DNA of 59,517 nucleotides. Source: an uncultured virus (IMG/VR IMGVR_UViG_3300045961_000160). Lineage: Duplodnaviria; Heunggongvirae; Uroviricota; Caudoviricetes. Of the stretch, positions 20,819 to 28,413 are shown piece after piece. Where the stretch lies: IMG/VR virus record IMGVR_UViG_3300045961_000160; one strand, given 5' to 3'. The notes beneath the pieces were generated by a model. It did no database searches, was not told where the DNA came from, and worked only from the letters and a program-made list of their open reading frames with translations. The translations under genes were made by a program, and so were the position numbers. Positions within the stretch are counted from its first letter, which is position 1. The number at the start of each line of letters is the position of its first letter.

Positions 20819-20870
20819 CTTATAATTTTTTAGTCTTTAGTACAATATACAAAATATAGTTCAATAAAGC

Positions 20871-20903
20871 AAAAAAGCCCCGCTAAAATTTAACAGGGCT
20901 TTT
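20871..20903 (-). terminator. Intrinsic terminator
   Basis: aaaagccc...gggctttt hairpin with A/T tails downstream of groES. Confidence 0.6.
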
Positions 20904-20921
20904 ATTTACTTGTAGTAGTTA

Positions 20922-21206
20922 TTAATACAATCCAATGATGTGAGATTCTTGAGCTACAAATTTAATCTTACCTTCTACTTCTACAGTATCGCAGTAAGAC
21001 AATTGACGTGGTGTGATTAACACTTCATCACCAGCTTTACAGAAACTTACATCTTCTCCTACAGCATGCACTCTAAGGCGTGTGTAATGTTTTACTAGAT
21101 CTGCTTCCATTGAAGCTTGTGCTTCTGGACTTAACTCTAGTCCTTTGATTGCTGACTCATAAACTGGTTTATCCAGTAATACAAGTTTTCCTTGCCATTT
21201 TTGCAT
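20922..21206 (-). CDS. groES: GroES/Cpn10-like co-chaperonin
   Basis: GKLVLL...RVHAVGEDV..CKAGDEVL...ESHIIG; 94 aa. Confidence 0.7.
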   Translation of the reverse strand: MQKWQGKLVLLDKPVYESAIKGLELSPEAQASMEADLVKHYTRLRVHAVGEDVSFCKAGDEVLITPRQLSYCDTVEVEGKIKFVAQESHIIGLY

Positions 21207-21215
21207 AACTTTTTT

Positions 21216-21530
21216 TTAAAATAATTTGTGTTGAATGTGGCGAGCTATAACTTCACCATTTTCTTTAATTTCTACTATTTCTGCATTTTCAACTGTTGTC
21301 AATGCATCTGAAATAGAATAAGATCCATTAGCATTGCGCTGTTGTGTAGTTACTTGTACTACTACTGAATGTCCAGCCTGCATTGCTTTAGTTGATTTCA
21401 TCCATCCTTCTGCTTCAGATGAAGCTTTAGAAATAAGTTTGAATGTATCACCATCTCCCCAAAAAACAATATCCTTGACATTTTTTCTGGCACCGTTGGC
21501 TGTGGTGTTATGTAATGATTTTGCTTCCAT
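21216..21530 (-). CDS. Putative nucleotide-signal sponge, Acb4-like
   Basis: GDGDTFKLISKASSEAEGWMKSTK...VVQVTTQQRN resembles the Acb4 family as recalled; adjacent to an Acb2/Tad1-like gene. Confidence 0.5.
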   Translation of the reverse strand: MEAKSLHNTTANGARKNVKDIVFWGDGDTFKLISKASSEAEGWMKSTKAMQAGHSVVVQVTTQQRNANGSYSISDALTTVENAEIVEIKENGEVIARHIQHKLF

Positions 21531-21778
21531 TATTGTTTCAATCCTTTAGCAATTCCTTTTACTCCATACATCTGTGCTGTTTCCAACTCAGTCATTGCAA
21601 TGCTAAAGCAACGTTTTGCCTCTGGATCAGTTGAAGCATTCGACTCATCATTCATAAAGTCAATAGCATTAGCCATCATTCTTTTAAATTGACTGATCTT
21701 GTCATCTGCTGACGGATTGAAGTTTACGTGACATCTCTTTTCTCCAAGTGTCACTTCTCTGTTTTTCATTTCTTCCAT
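21530..21778 (-). CDS. Acb2/Tad1-hairpin-like protein (putative anti-CBASS/Thoeris sponge)
   Basis: 82 aa helical hairpin; KRCFSIAMTELETAQMYGVKGIA matches the A..T.LE.A.MW.V.A pattern of Acb2/Vs.4/Tad1. Confidence 0.65.
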   Translation of the reverse strand: MEEMKNREVTLGEKRCHVNFNPSADDKISQFKRMMANAIDFMNDESNASTDPEAKRCFSIAMTELETAQMYGVKGIAKGLKQ

Positions 21779-21783
21779 TTTTT

Positions 21784-22389
21784 TTATTTATTTGGTGTTA
21801 AAGATACATCTTTTAAACGGTCTAGCACATCTTGCGCTGTATGACCATCATACGGGTATTTCACAATCATTTCTTCAGGGCATTGGAATAAATCCCAGTC
21901 TTCCATACGATAGTGGTTAGAAACTTGTCCTGTAGGAAGAATTGCCATTACAATAAACCATCCTCCTCCAAAACATTCTATACCATCACTGTGGCGAATT
22001 GATTTGTGAACATCATACAATCCTTCTTTTGCCCAAGCATTGAATGCAGCAGCATTGTACATTTTTCTGAATTCATACAATTCATCAAATGTATGGTACC
22101 CATCTGAAAGTTGACCAATATTCTCTTCAGAAATATAAGTCTTTTCAAAGATGTCTGGTTTACACGGATAGAACTCACCATTAACACCCTTGATAATAAA
22201 ATCACCAAGTGATGCTGTCATGGTACCTTCTAAAGTTTCAATTTCAAGTTTAGGTTCACCAGAACTATGAACTATTGCTTGAGTACCATTCATAAATTCT
22301 GAAAGCTCATCCATGCATGCCAAAGAAGCGTCCTTAAATTGAACGGCTTCAATGGCTACTGTTTTCTTAACATACTTCATGTTAATCAT
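21784..22389 (-). CDS. Two-domain fusion: TLEG/YPCKPDIF phage domain + WDGH-like domain
   Basis: N-terminal KYVKK..IEAVQF...TLEG...GDFIIKGVNGEFYPCKPDIFEKTY; C-terminal SDGYHTFDELY...GWFIV...LPTGQVSNHY...YDGHT. Confidence 0.7.
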   Translation of the reverse strand: MINMKYVKKTVAIEAVQFKDASLACMDELSEFMNGTQAIVHSSGEPKLEIETLEGTMTASLGDFIIKGVNGEFYPCKPDIFEKTYISEENIGQLSDGYHTFDELYEFRKMYNAAAFNAWAKEGLYDVHKSIRHSDGIECFGGGWFIVMAILPTGQVSNHYRMEDWDLFQCPEEMIVKYPYDGHTAQDVLDRLKDVSLTPNK

Positions 22390-22487
22390 TTTTAATTTTG
22401 TCCATTACATACTCTACAACAAAGACAATTCCTATTGTTGCTAAAGTTCCTAGACATACGCCTGTTGCAATTACTAAAACATTCATG

Positions 22488-22997
22488 TTATTTGTTTTTT
22501 TGGTTAATATACGATTTCAAAATTGCCAAGTAATTGATAGCATCCTCAATTGTGTCTGTGATTGCTTCATCTTTTACCATAGCTTCTTTTTCCAACAAAG
22601 TGGAAATGCGTGACATCTTGTCCATTAAGCGAACTAAGATCCCTCTTTCTACAGTCACACCGGCAACTGTTGCATTTTCAAAATTGGCAAACGGATTGTT
22701 GTTAGACCCTCCGTAGTCATTATTCTTTCTGATGGCTACTTCCATACATCTTTCAAATGTTTGATGCATGTCATCTAACAATACATTTTGATGTACTGAT
22801 CCTGGTTCATGATATTTGTATTTACTACCAGATTCCCAGTGAGAATTTTCATTGTTTCTTACCCAAACATTATCTTTAGAAATCCAAAATTCTCCTTCAT
22901 CAAAAGCCAATTTGTATTGACAACCGTTTTCATCTAAGATTTCATTGAAAATTTGTAGTTGATCTTTTTGAGATCTGTGCATTACTTTAACTTGCAT
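22488..22997 (-). CDS. DUF1599 / nucleotide-modification-associated domain protein
   Basis: KNNDYG...NPFANF...GILVRLMDKMSRI...DEAITDTIEDAINY; start reassigned to ATG 22997. Confidence 0.7.
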   Translation of the reverse strand: MQVKVMHRSQKDQLQIFNEILDENGCQYKLAFDEGEFWISKDNVWVRNNENSHWESGSKYKYHEPGSVHQNVLLDDMHQTFERCMEVAIRKNNDYGGSNNNPFANFENATVAGVTVERGILVRLMDKMSRISTLLEKEAMVKDEAITDTIEDAINYLAILKSYINQKNK

Positions 22998-22998
22998 A

Positions 22999-23415
22999 TC
23001 ATTTTTGTTTATAGAATTTACCGAGTATGTTCCCATTTAGGAATTCATCTTTTTCCAATACACCCAATACAAATTGGTATTTGCATTCTGAATAAGATAG
23101 ATTTAATTTACTAAAGCAGATCTCTAGAATTTCTCTTCTAATCAAAACTCCATTCTTCTTAGCCTGCTTTAACACTTCATTACTACTGAAGTAGTTTTGA
23201 TAAGTAGCTTTGCGCACGCGCTTGTAAGTCTTTTGTCTTTTATCTGTAGGAAGATCCTTCTTTGCCAATTTGGTTTTTACATCTGCATAGAAGTTTTTCT
23301 TGCCAATGTAACGCACCGGTTTGCCATCAATGATTGCCATCATTTCATAGACAAATCCTACGGCACCTTCCGGGATCATCTCATCAGTAAATTCTTTTCC
23401 TTCAAATATCCACAT
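22999..23415 (-). CDS. GIY-YIG nuclease-like protein
   Basis: GFVY...RYIGKK, REIL, E.KYQF, NGNI motifs. Confidence 0.65.
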   Translation of the reverse strand: MWIFEGKEFTDEMIPEGAVGFVYEMMAIIDGKPVRYIGKKNFYADVKTKLAKKDLPTDKRQKTYKRVRKATYQNYFSSNEVLKQAKKNGVLIRREILEICFSKLNLSYSECKYQFVLGVLEKDEFLNGNILGKFYKQK

Positions 23416-23416
23416 A

Positions 23417-23665
23417 TCAATTCTTATTTCTTGCGCGTTTGTTATAATTTTTGGTCTGCAAACTCTTAGAATTTTCTTTGATATTCTTGACCTCTTTTTC
23501 TTTTTGGTGATTGATGATCTCCTGTTTAAGTGAACCTATGATTCTGTAATTTTTGAATCTGTAGTACTCCGGAGTAATTTGATCAATACTAATCCCAATG
23601 CAAAATGTAACTCTGTAAAATCTTACTCGGTAGCCATTAACAATTTTTATAAAGCTGTTCAACAT
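23417..23665 (-). CDS. Hypothetical protein
   Basis: 82 aa ORF packed tightly in the operon. Confidence 0.4.
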   Translation of the reverse strand: MLNSFIKIVNGYRVRFYRVTFCIGISIDQITPEYYRFKNYRIIGSLKQEIINHQKEKEVKNIKENSKSLQTKNYNKRARNKN

Positions 23666-23667
23666 CT

Positions 23668-24048
23668 CTACTTATTTAAATTTTCTAAATGTATTCTAAC
23701 TAGGTTTACAGCTTCAGCATCTTCAGAGTTAATCATTTGCTCTAATCTAGCATATTCCGCATCTGTTATTTTTTCTTCTTCTTTTGCAATCTTCAATTTT
23801 ATTACTAACCACTCTTCAAAAACAGATCCCATTTTGTAAAACAAATCCTCTGGTTTTGGTGTCCATTCTTCAAAATCACTTCCTGTAGTAATTTTAGAAA
23901 GTTTGCCCGAATTTAAATACCATTGAACACTTGGTTCAGTTGCAGTTACCAGAATATCTCCATCATTAAACCACTTTACTGGCAGACCTTGTTTTATTTG
24001 TTGCATGGCTCCGGATTGTTTCCAAGTTTGCTGAAGTAGGCCAGACAT
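23668..24048 (-). CDS. Hypothetical protein with C-terminal S-x-D-x-E helical module
   Basis: Ends ITDAEYARLEQMINSEDAEAVNLVRIHLE. Confidence 0.6.
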   Translation of the reverse strand: MSGLLQQTWKQSGAMQQIKQGLPVKWFNDGDILVTATEPSVQWYLNSGKLSKITTGSDFEEWTPKPEDLFYKMGSVFEEWLVIKLKIAKEEEKITDAEYARLEQMINSEDAEAVNLVRIHLENLNK

Positions 24049-24545
24049 GTTTTGTCAATGGTTTTTCTTTTGCGCGCAAGGTTAGGGTTCAACATGATGT
24101 ACTTATACTCTTTACCGTCAATGACAGTTTCTATTTTTAAAACTTGTGATTTTTTAATTAATTTTTTTAATTTATCCATTAACTCAAGCAACGGTCTAGG
24201 TGTTAATCCAATAATGTTAATAACTGTCTGATCAAAAATAAAATTATAACACAAGTCTTTTGTTGTATTGTATAATATTCCTTCTTTAAAAGAATATAAG
24301 TCAGTACATGTATCTTTAAAATAATCTAATATTGAACCATGTGGAAAAAACCATTCGCCTTGCAATCTATATAATTTAAATAAATCATGTAATTTTTTTT
24401 CTTCATCACGTTCACCCAAAATACATCCAAGTAAAGTCAACTCTGCACCAGTTGTAAAAGAAACAGATTTCATTCTTGATGGAATATTATTTGAATGACC
24501 TATTTTAACATTCCCGCTTTCATTATTTAAGAACAAGTAAACCAT
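23994..24545 (-). CDS. GIY-YIG (T5orf172/MUG113-like) domain fused to a RepL-like C-terminus
   Basis: VYLF...VKIGHS...R...EKKLHDLF..YRLQGEWF; C-terminal YIMLNPNLARKRK. Confidence 0.7.
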   Translation of the reverse strand: MVYLFLNNESGNVKIGHSNNIPSRMKSVSFTTGAELTLLGCILGERDEEKKLHDLFKLYRLQGEWFFPHGSILDYFKDTCTDLYSFKEGILYNTTKDLCYNFIFDQTVINIIGLTPRPLLELMDKLKKLIKKSQVLKIETVIDGKEYKYIMLNPNLARKRKTIDKTCLAYFSKLGNNPEPCNK

Positions 24546-24547
24546 GA

Positions 24548-25057
24548 TTATTCACTAAATTTTTTAAAAACTTCAAATACTTGTTCTTCAAAAACTTTAC
24601 GCTTTCTGGATAAAAATGGATTAAGCATGTAGCACACGCGCACACTACCGTAAATATTTCCTTTAATTTGATACAATACACCTGCTGCAATCAATCGCTT
24701 GATTAGTTTCATATACATTGCTTCAGACTTTATTTCTAAGTACTTCATCAATGTGGTATTGTTGTGAGGAGTATTATTATTATAAACAATGTTAAAACTT
24801 GTTTTAGTTACAATTGACATCTTTAAAACATTAGCTAAATCACTATTGTTTAGAACACTCATCAAGGCTGTCATTGCATTAGAATCTAATACAGCATAAT
24901 CTTCAGAAGTAATGCTTTTAAGACCTGTTTCTTCAACAGCCTTTATTTTAACACCGTGGTCAACCTTAGCATATATAGTAACTTCGCCTGTTTCTTCATC
25001 TATGTGTTCGGCTAGATCTAATTCTACGGGTTTATTAATCTTATTTACTTTAGACAT
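24548..25057 (-). CDS. RepL-like winged-helix DNA-binding protein
   Basis: IKRLIAAGVL...CYMLNPFLSRKRK; start reassigned to ATG 25057 downstream of TATATTTG. Confidence 0.6.
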   Translation of the reverse strand: MSKVNKINKPVELDLAEHIDEETGEVTIYAKVDHGVKIKAVEETGLKSITSEDYAVLDSNAMTALMSVLNNSDLANVLKMSIVTKTSFNIVYNNNTPHNNTTLMKYLEIKSEAMYMKLIKRLIAAGVLYQIKGNIYGSVRVCYMLNPFLSRKRKVFEEQVFEVFKKFSE

Positions 25058-25111
25058 TTTAATGTGTTTATTGAACAAATATAGTATTATTTATACAATA
25101 AACATCAAATT

Positions 25112-25194
25112 CTACTAAAAATAAAAGTAATAATTTTTTAAACACTACTAAAAATAGTAGTATTACCTAGCATTTTACTACTATTTTTAGTAGT
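25112..25194. repeat. Palindromic operator-like sites in inverted arrangement
   Basis: actactaaaaatagtagta (25144-25162) and its exact reverse complement (25176-25194); degenerate copy at 25112-25129. Confidence 0.85.
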
Positions 25195-25280
25195 ATGCCA
25201 AATTCACCCTAATTCAATACCAGTAAGGTTTAAAAACCGGATTTAGAAGAAAGCTCTTTATTATTATTTAGGGGGAGTAA

Positions 25281-25421
25281 TCACTTACCTTGTCCGCGGT
25301 ACGCTTTCTTGTAGTTTTTACTACCTTTTGACTTAGATGTTTTAGTCTTTGCGTGGACTCCTGGACGTGAAACTTTAGGAGAAACTAATTTCGCTGATGT
25401 TCCATTGCTAACTTTTGCCAT
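25281..25421 (-). CDS. Small highly basic protein (46 aa, absent from ORF track)
   Basis: MAKVSNGTSAKLVSPKVSRPGVHAKTKTSKSKGSKNYKKAYRGQGK; own TATATTTG at 25445-25452. Confidence 0.7.
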   Translation of the reverse strand: MAKVSNGTSAKLVSPKVSRPGVHAKTKTSKSKGSKNYKKAYRGQGK

Positions 25422-25463
25422 GTTGTTATGAGTTTTGATTCAAACAAATATAAAGAATTTCTC

Positions 25464-25943
25464 CTAAAGGAAAAGCGAATAGATTTTTTCCATTAGGTAC
25501 GAATGAAAGTAAGCTTCAGCTTCCTTTTCCAAACTCCTATCTAGAAATTTAGGTAGAAACTCTTGACATAGATGCAGCACCTCATGAGCTAGTGTAGTCA
25601 TGTTATGTGGATTAGATGGGGTAAATCCGTATTTGAGAATAATCATTCTAAATGTAGATCCTGGATAACTTTTAAGTTTCTCCCACACGTACATTCCATT
25701 AGTAGAAGACCCACCATCTTTATCCATCCCAGCTAAATCTTCTCTACAGTCCTCTATATGACCAATCATTTCATTGACCCATGCAAAATGTTTTTTGATT
25801 TCTTTGAGATTATTGCTTCCGGGATCACTGTTATATTCTTTAAACCATGCAATGACCTCATCTGCATTATGGCCAGACACTACAATTACTCTATCATGAT
25901 CATAGGGTTGTAACTCTACAGTATCAATTACAATTGTATTCAT
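25464..25943 (-). CDS. Zincin-like HExxH protein
   Basis: TLAHEVLHL...EKEAEAY. Confidence 0.65.
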   Translation of the reverse strand: MNTIVIDTVELQPYDHDRVIVVSGHNADEVIAWFKEYNSDPGSNNLKEIKKHFAWVNEMIGHIEDCREDLAGMDKDGGSSTNGMYVWEKLKSYPGSTFRMIILKYGFTPSNPHNMTTLAHEVLHLCQEFLPKFLDRSLEKEAEAYFHSYLMEKIYSLFL

Positions 25944-26272
25944 TTGGTCTGTTCCATAAAATTCTTAATCAACTTTTCAGCTAGTACATTAGATTCACCA
26001 TCTGAACTGATAGCCATTTTATATAAAACAATCATCTTTTCTGTAGTGATGATACCTCTCATCTTTAAGAATTTGAGTTCTCTTATAGTTGCTGCTGCAG
26101 TCATAAGATTAAATATACCAGGTGAAGGAGCATCATACTTTTTACAGAAATCTGTTACTCTTGAAAAAGGACTGATAAAATCATTGTGGGCTTGTTGCTT
26201 TGCCAGGTTAGGATCAGTATACCAGTAATCACTGTTATCCATCTCATGTTGTAGCAATTCAGAATATTCCAT
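25940..26272 (-). CDS. Hypothetical protein with C-terminal S-x-D-x-E helical module
   Basis: Ends GIITTEKMIVLYKMAISSDGESNVLAEKLIK; ATG 26272 lies 3 nt after TATTTTTG (possibly leaderless). Confidence 0.6.
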   Translation of the reverse strand: MEYSELLQHEMDNSDYWYTDPNLAKQQAHNDFISPFSRVTDFCKKYDAPSPGIFNLMTAAATIRELKFLKMRGIITTEKMIVLYKMAISSDGESNVLAEKLIKNFMEQTK

Positions 26273-26319
26273 AGACAAAAATACAAATCTAAATCACATT
26301 ACCAAAAAATATCATGGGT

Positions 26320-26347
26320 AAAAAAAAGCCCACTCCGTAAGTGGGCT
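26320..26347 (-). terminator. Intrinsic terminator
   Basis: agcccact/agtgggct stem with T8 tail on the minus strand. Confidence 0.8.
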
Positions 26348-26680
26348 GCTCAACTTTAGGTATTGAGTTTGCAAGGACTTGCCTCTGACCAGCTACACCT
26401 ACAATTTTTGCAGGGAGAAAAGAAACCCCTAGTAGTTTCTGTTGATCAAGCAGGCTTGCTAGGGGGTGTTAATGGTTATAGAGGTGAGCAGTTATGACTC
26501 GTCAGTCAGATGCTGCAGCAGAGCTCATTTCCCATTAACGAGAAGACCAGAGGCTGGTGCGCAGTTCTTATGAGATGCGTCCCTGGTTCTATAGCCTATG
26601 TAATAAAATACACAGGGCGGTTTTGAGTTCCATGGCAACGGTATTACCACGGGGTTCCGTCACAAGTGGCGGTGGAGTAC
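26320..26680 (-). ncRNA. Candidate structured non-coding RNA
   Basis: GC-richer ORF-free segment between TACATTTG (26682-26689) and a strong terminator; several hairpins. Confidence 0.45.
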
Positions 26681-26749
26681 ACAAATGTAAAAACATTTAC
26701 ACAAACAACAATACCATCCTCTGGGTATATTGAAAATCAGATGTATTAT

Positions 26750-26985
26750 GGTGTGGGAGGGTCCCTCTATTCCAGACCCCCCACCCTTCTCGGCAAGTGG
26801 GGGTACCCCCTGGGTAAAAAAGACAGGCAGGAATGTTTCAGGCAGGGGTGAACCAAAATGTTGCAGGGGGAAGAGATGTTCATGGAGAGAGCCAAGGAGA
26901 CCACAGGCAGGGCACGGAGAGCCACACGCAGGGAGGAGGAAGACCAGGAGGAGCGGAGGCAGGCCGGACCCAGAGAGAGTGTTGT
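26750..26985. other. GC-rich strand-switch region (candidate origin or genome terminus)
   Basis: GGGGGTACCCCC palindrome at 26799-26810 and a purine-rich tract; gene orientation flips here. Confidence 0.45.
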
Positions 26986-27076
26986 ATTAGCATTGTATAA
27001 AGAGTCATCTATGGCATCCTTTATCCTAAACTCAAATTCACAAGTGAATTTATTCAAACCCTTTAAAGCTTTTAGT

Positions 27077-27250
27077 ATGAAAAACAATCTGTTTATGTTG
27101 TTGGTTGTCATTATGGCCGCAACAAGTGCTTACCAAGTAGTCATCTCTACTAACAATGAACAACTGTTCTTAGGTGTATATCTATTTGCGTTGAGCACAG
27201 GGATCTTCTTCCTCAACATTAAGTATCCATTGTTCAAAGAGAACAAATGA
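27077..27250 (+). CDS. Small two-TM membrane protein
   Basis: MKNNLFMLLVVIMAATS...; start reassigned from the ORF track. Confidence 0.55.
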   Translation: MKNNLFMLLVVIMAATSAYQVVISTNNEQLFLGVYLFALSTGIFFLNIKYPLFKENK

Positions 27251-27319
27251 ATTCAGTATTAATCACAGTATTGGTTATGGCGTTGTTATATAGCCAATAC
27301 TTATTAAATCAAAAAAGCC

Positions 27320-27487
27320 ATGACTAAGAGATCAGCTTCAGTTGGAATGTACTACTTGTACACAATGATTGTCATCATTGTCTTCCTATTCTTAACCTCT
27401 TGTGGTACATCTAAACAGTGTCACACAAAAGGAGTCTATGTTTCAAAAGACATTAAGCGCGCACAGGCTAAGCCTCACGCTCATTGA
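27320..27487 (+). CDS. Small putative lipoprotein (55 aa, absent from ORF track)
   Basis: Hydrophobic stretch ending FLTSCG; followed by a terminator. Confidence 0.6.
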   Translation: MTKRSASVGMYYLYTMIVIIVFLFLTSCGTSKQCHTKGVYVSKDIKRAQAKPHAH

Positions 27488-27493
27488 CACTAA

Positions 27494-27519
27494 AGGGTGG
27501 GCTTCGGCCCTACTCTTTT
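27494..27519 (+). terminator. Intrinsic terminator
   Basis: gggc-ttcg-gccc hairpin with extended stem and T run. Confidence 0.7.
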
Positions 27520-27758
27520 ACTTATCACCACTGTTACACAGGCAGGAGTGTGGGTAGTGGTGGTGGTAGTGGTGTTTACTATCATCACACACACCCAGGC
27601 AAAACCCATCACCTCTATCCTAAACCAAATGCCTTCGGCTTTAGTGCTATCGCACCTTGCTTCGCAGGTCAATGCCAAGCCAACGTTCAGTCCACTTGCG
27701 TGAATAGTGGACACCATTTTTAAACTTGCTCATTTCATGAGCGCAAATCTTTTTAGTT

Positions 27759-28373
27759 ATGCAAACTTTAAGTGCAACCCGTCAATTTGTTATTGCTAAC
27801 AAATCTTTTTTGTCAACCAACATGACAAAAACAAAAATCAATTCTCTTTCAGAGGGGGAATTGAATGATTTGGTATCTGAAATCCGCAGTCATGCTGATT
27901 TTACAGAACCAGAAGTTGTTACACCACCTGTAGCAACATCTACTGTGGCACCTGTTGGTGTTACTACCTCTGAGGAATTCGGTGCTTTGCTCAACTTGCC
28001 TTATGCAGGTCGTTCACGCAAGGGATTCAAGTTCACCTATGGTGATACCAATGTATATTGCAATGACAGCCGTCTATTTGCAATTGAGTCTAAACTTGAA
28101 ATTGGCACAGTTATGCCATTCAAAGCAGACTCATTGGAATCTTTACCATATGGTGGGTTCTCTGCGCGCTTGAACTATTCAGCTTCAGAGATCATTTCAT
28201 CTGTTAACCAACAGATTGATAATGTTCAGTCCAAGCTTGAAACAGAAATCAAGAAGCGTATGCTCTTGTTGGGTGTTTCTCGCAAGCAAGCTGAAGCAGA
28301 TGTTCACGGCCTGTACACTCAGGACATGGATACAGCATTCAAAGCAAGTCTTCCTAAAGTTGACTTGTTCTAA
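27759..28373 (+). CDS. Hypothetical early protein
   Basis: 204 aa with its own terminator. Confidence 0.75.
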   Translation: MQTLSATRQFVIANKSFLSTNMTKTKINSLSEGELNDLVSEIRSHADFTEPEVVTPPVATSTVAPVGVTTSEEFGALLNLPYAGRSRKGFKFTYGDTNVYCNDSRLFAIESKLEIGTVMPFKADSLESLPYGGFSARLNYSASEIISSVNQQIDNVQSKLETEIKKRMLLLGVSRKQAEADVHGLYTQDMDTAFKASLPKVDLF

Positions 28374-28388
28374 CATGCTCTAAACACG

Positions 28389-28413
28389 GGGGTCTTCGGA
28401 CCCCTTTGTTTTT
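28389..28413 (+). terminator. Intrinsic terminator
   Basis: ggggtc-ttcg-gacccc followed by T-rich tail. Confidence 0.8.

Noticed and set aside
26485..26515. Hammerhead-like CTGACGA core on the minus strand
   Set aside because: No GAAA and cleavage-site geometry follows; better explained as a simple tgact/agtca hairpin
26666..27111. ORFs 26666-26851, 26730-26990, 26767-27111 and the N-terminal part of 26858-27250
   Set aside because: They arise from a GC-rich, stop-poor non-coding tract with atypical composition; only 27077-27250 looks genuine
27484..27723. Three overlapping ORFs across the GT-rich tract
   Set aside because: They span a terminator and promoter-like motifs, with low-complexity translations
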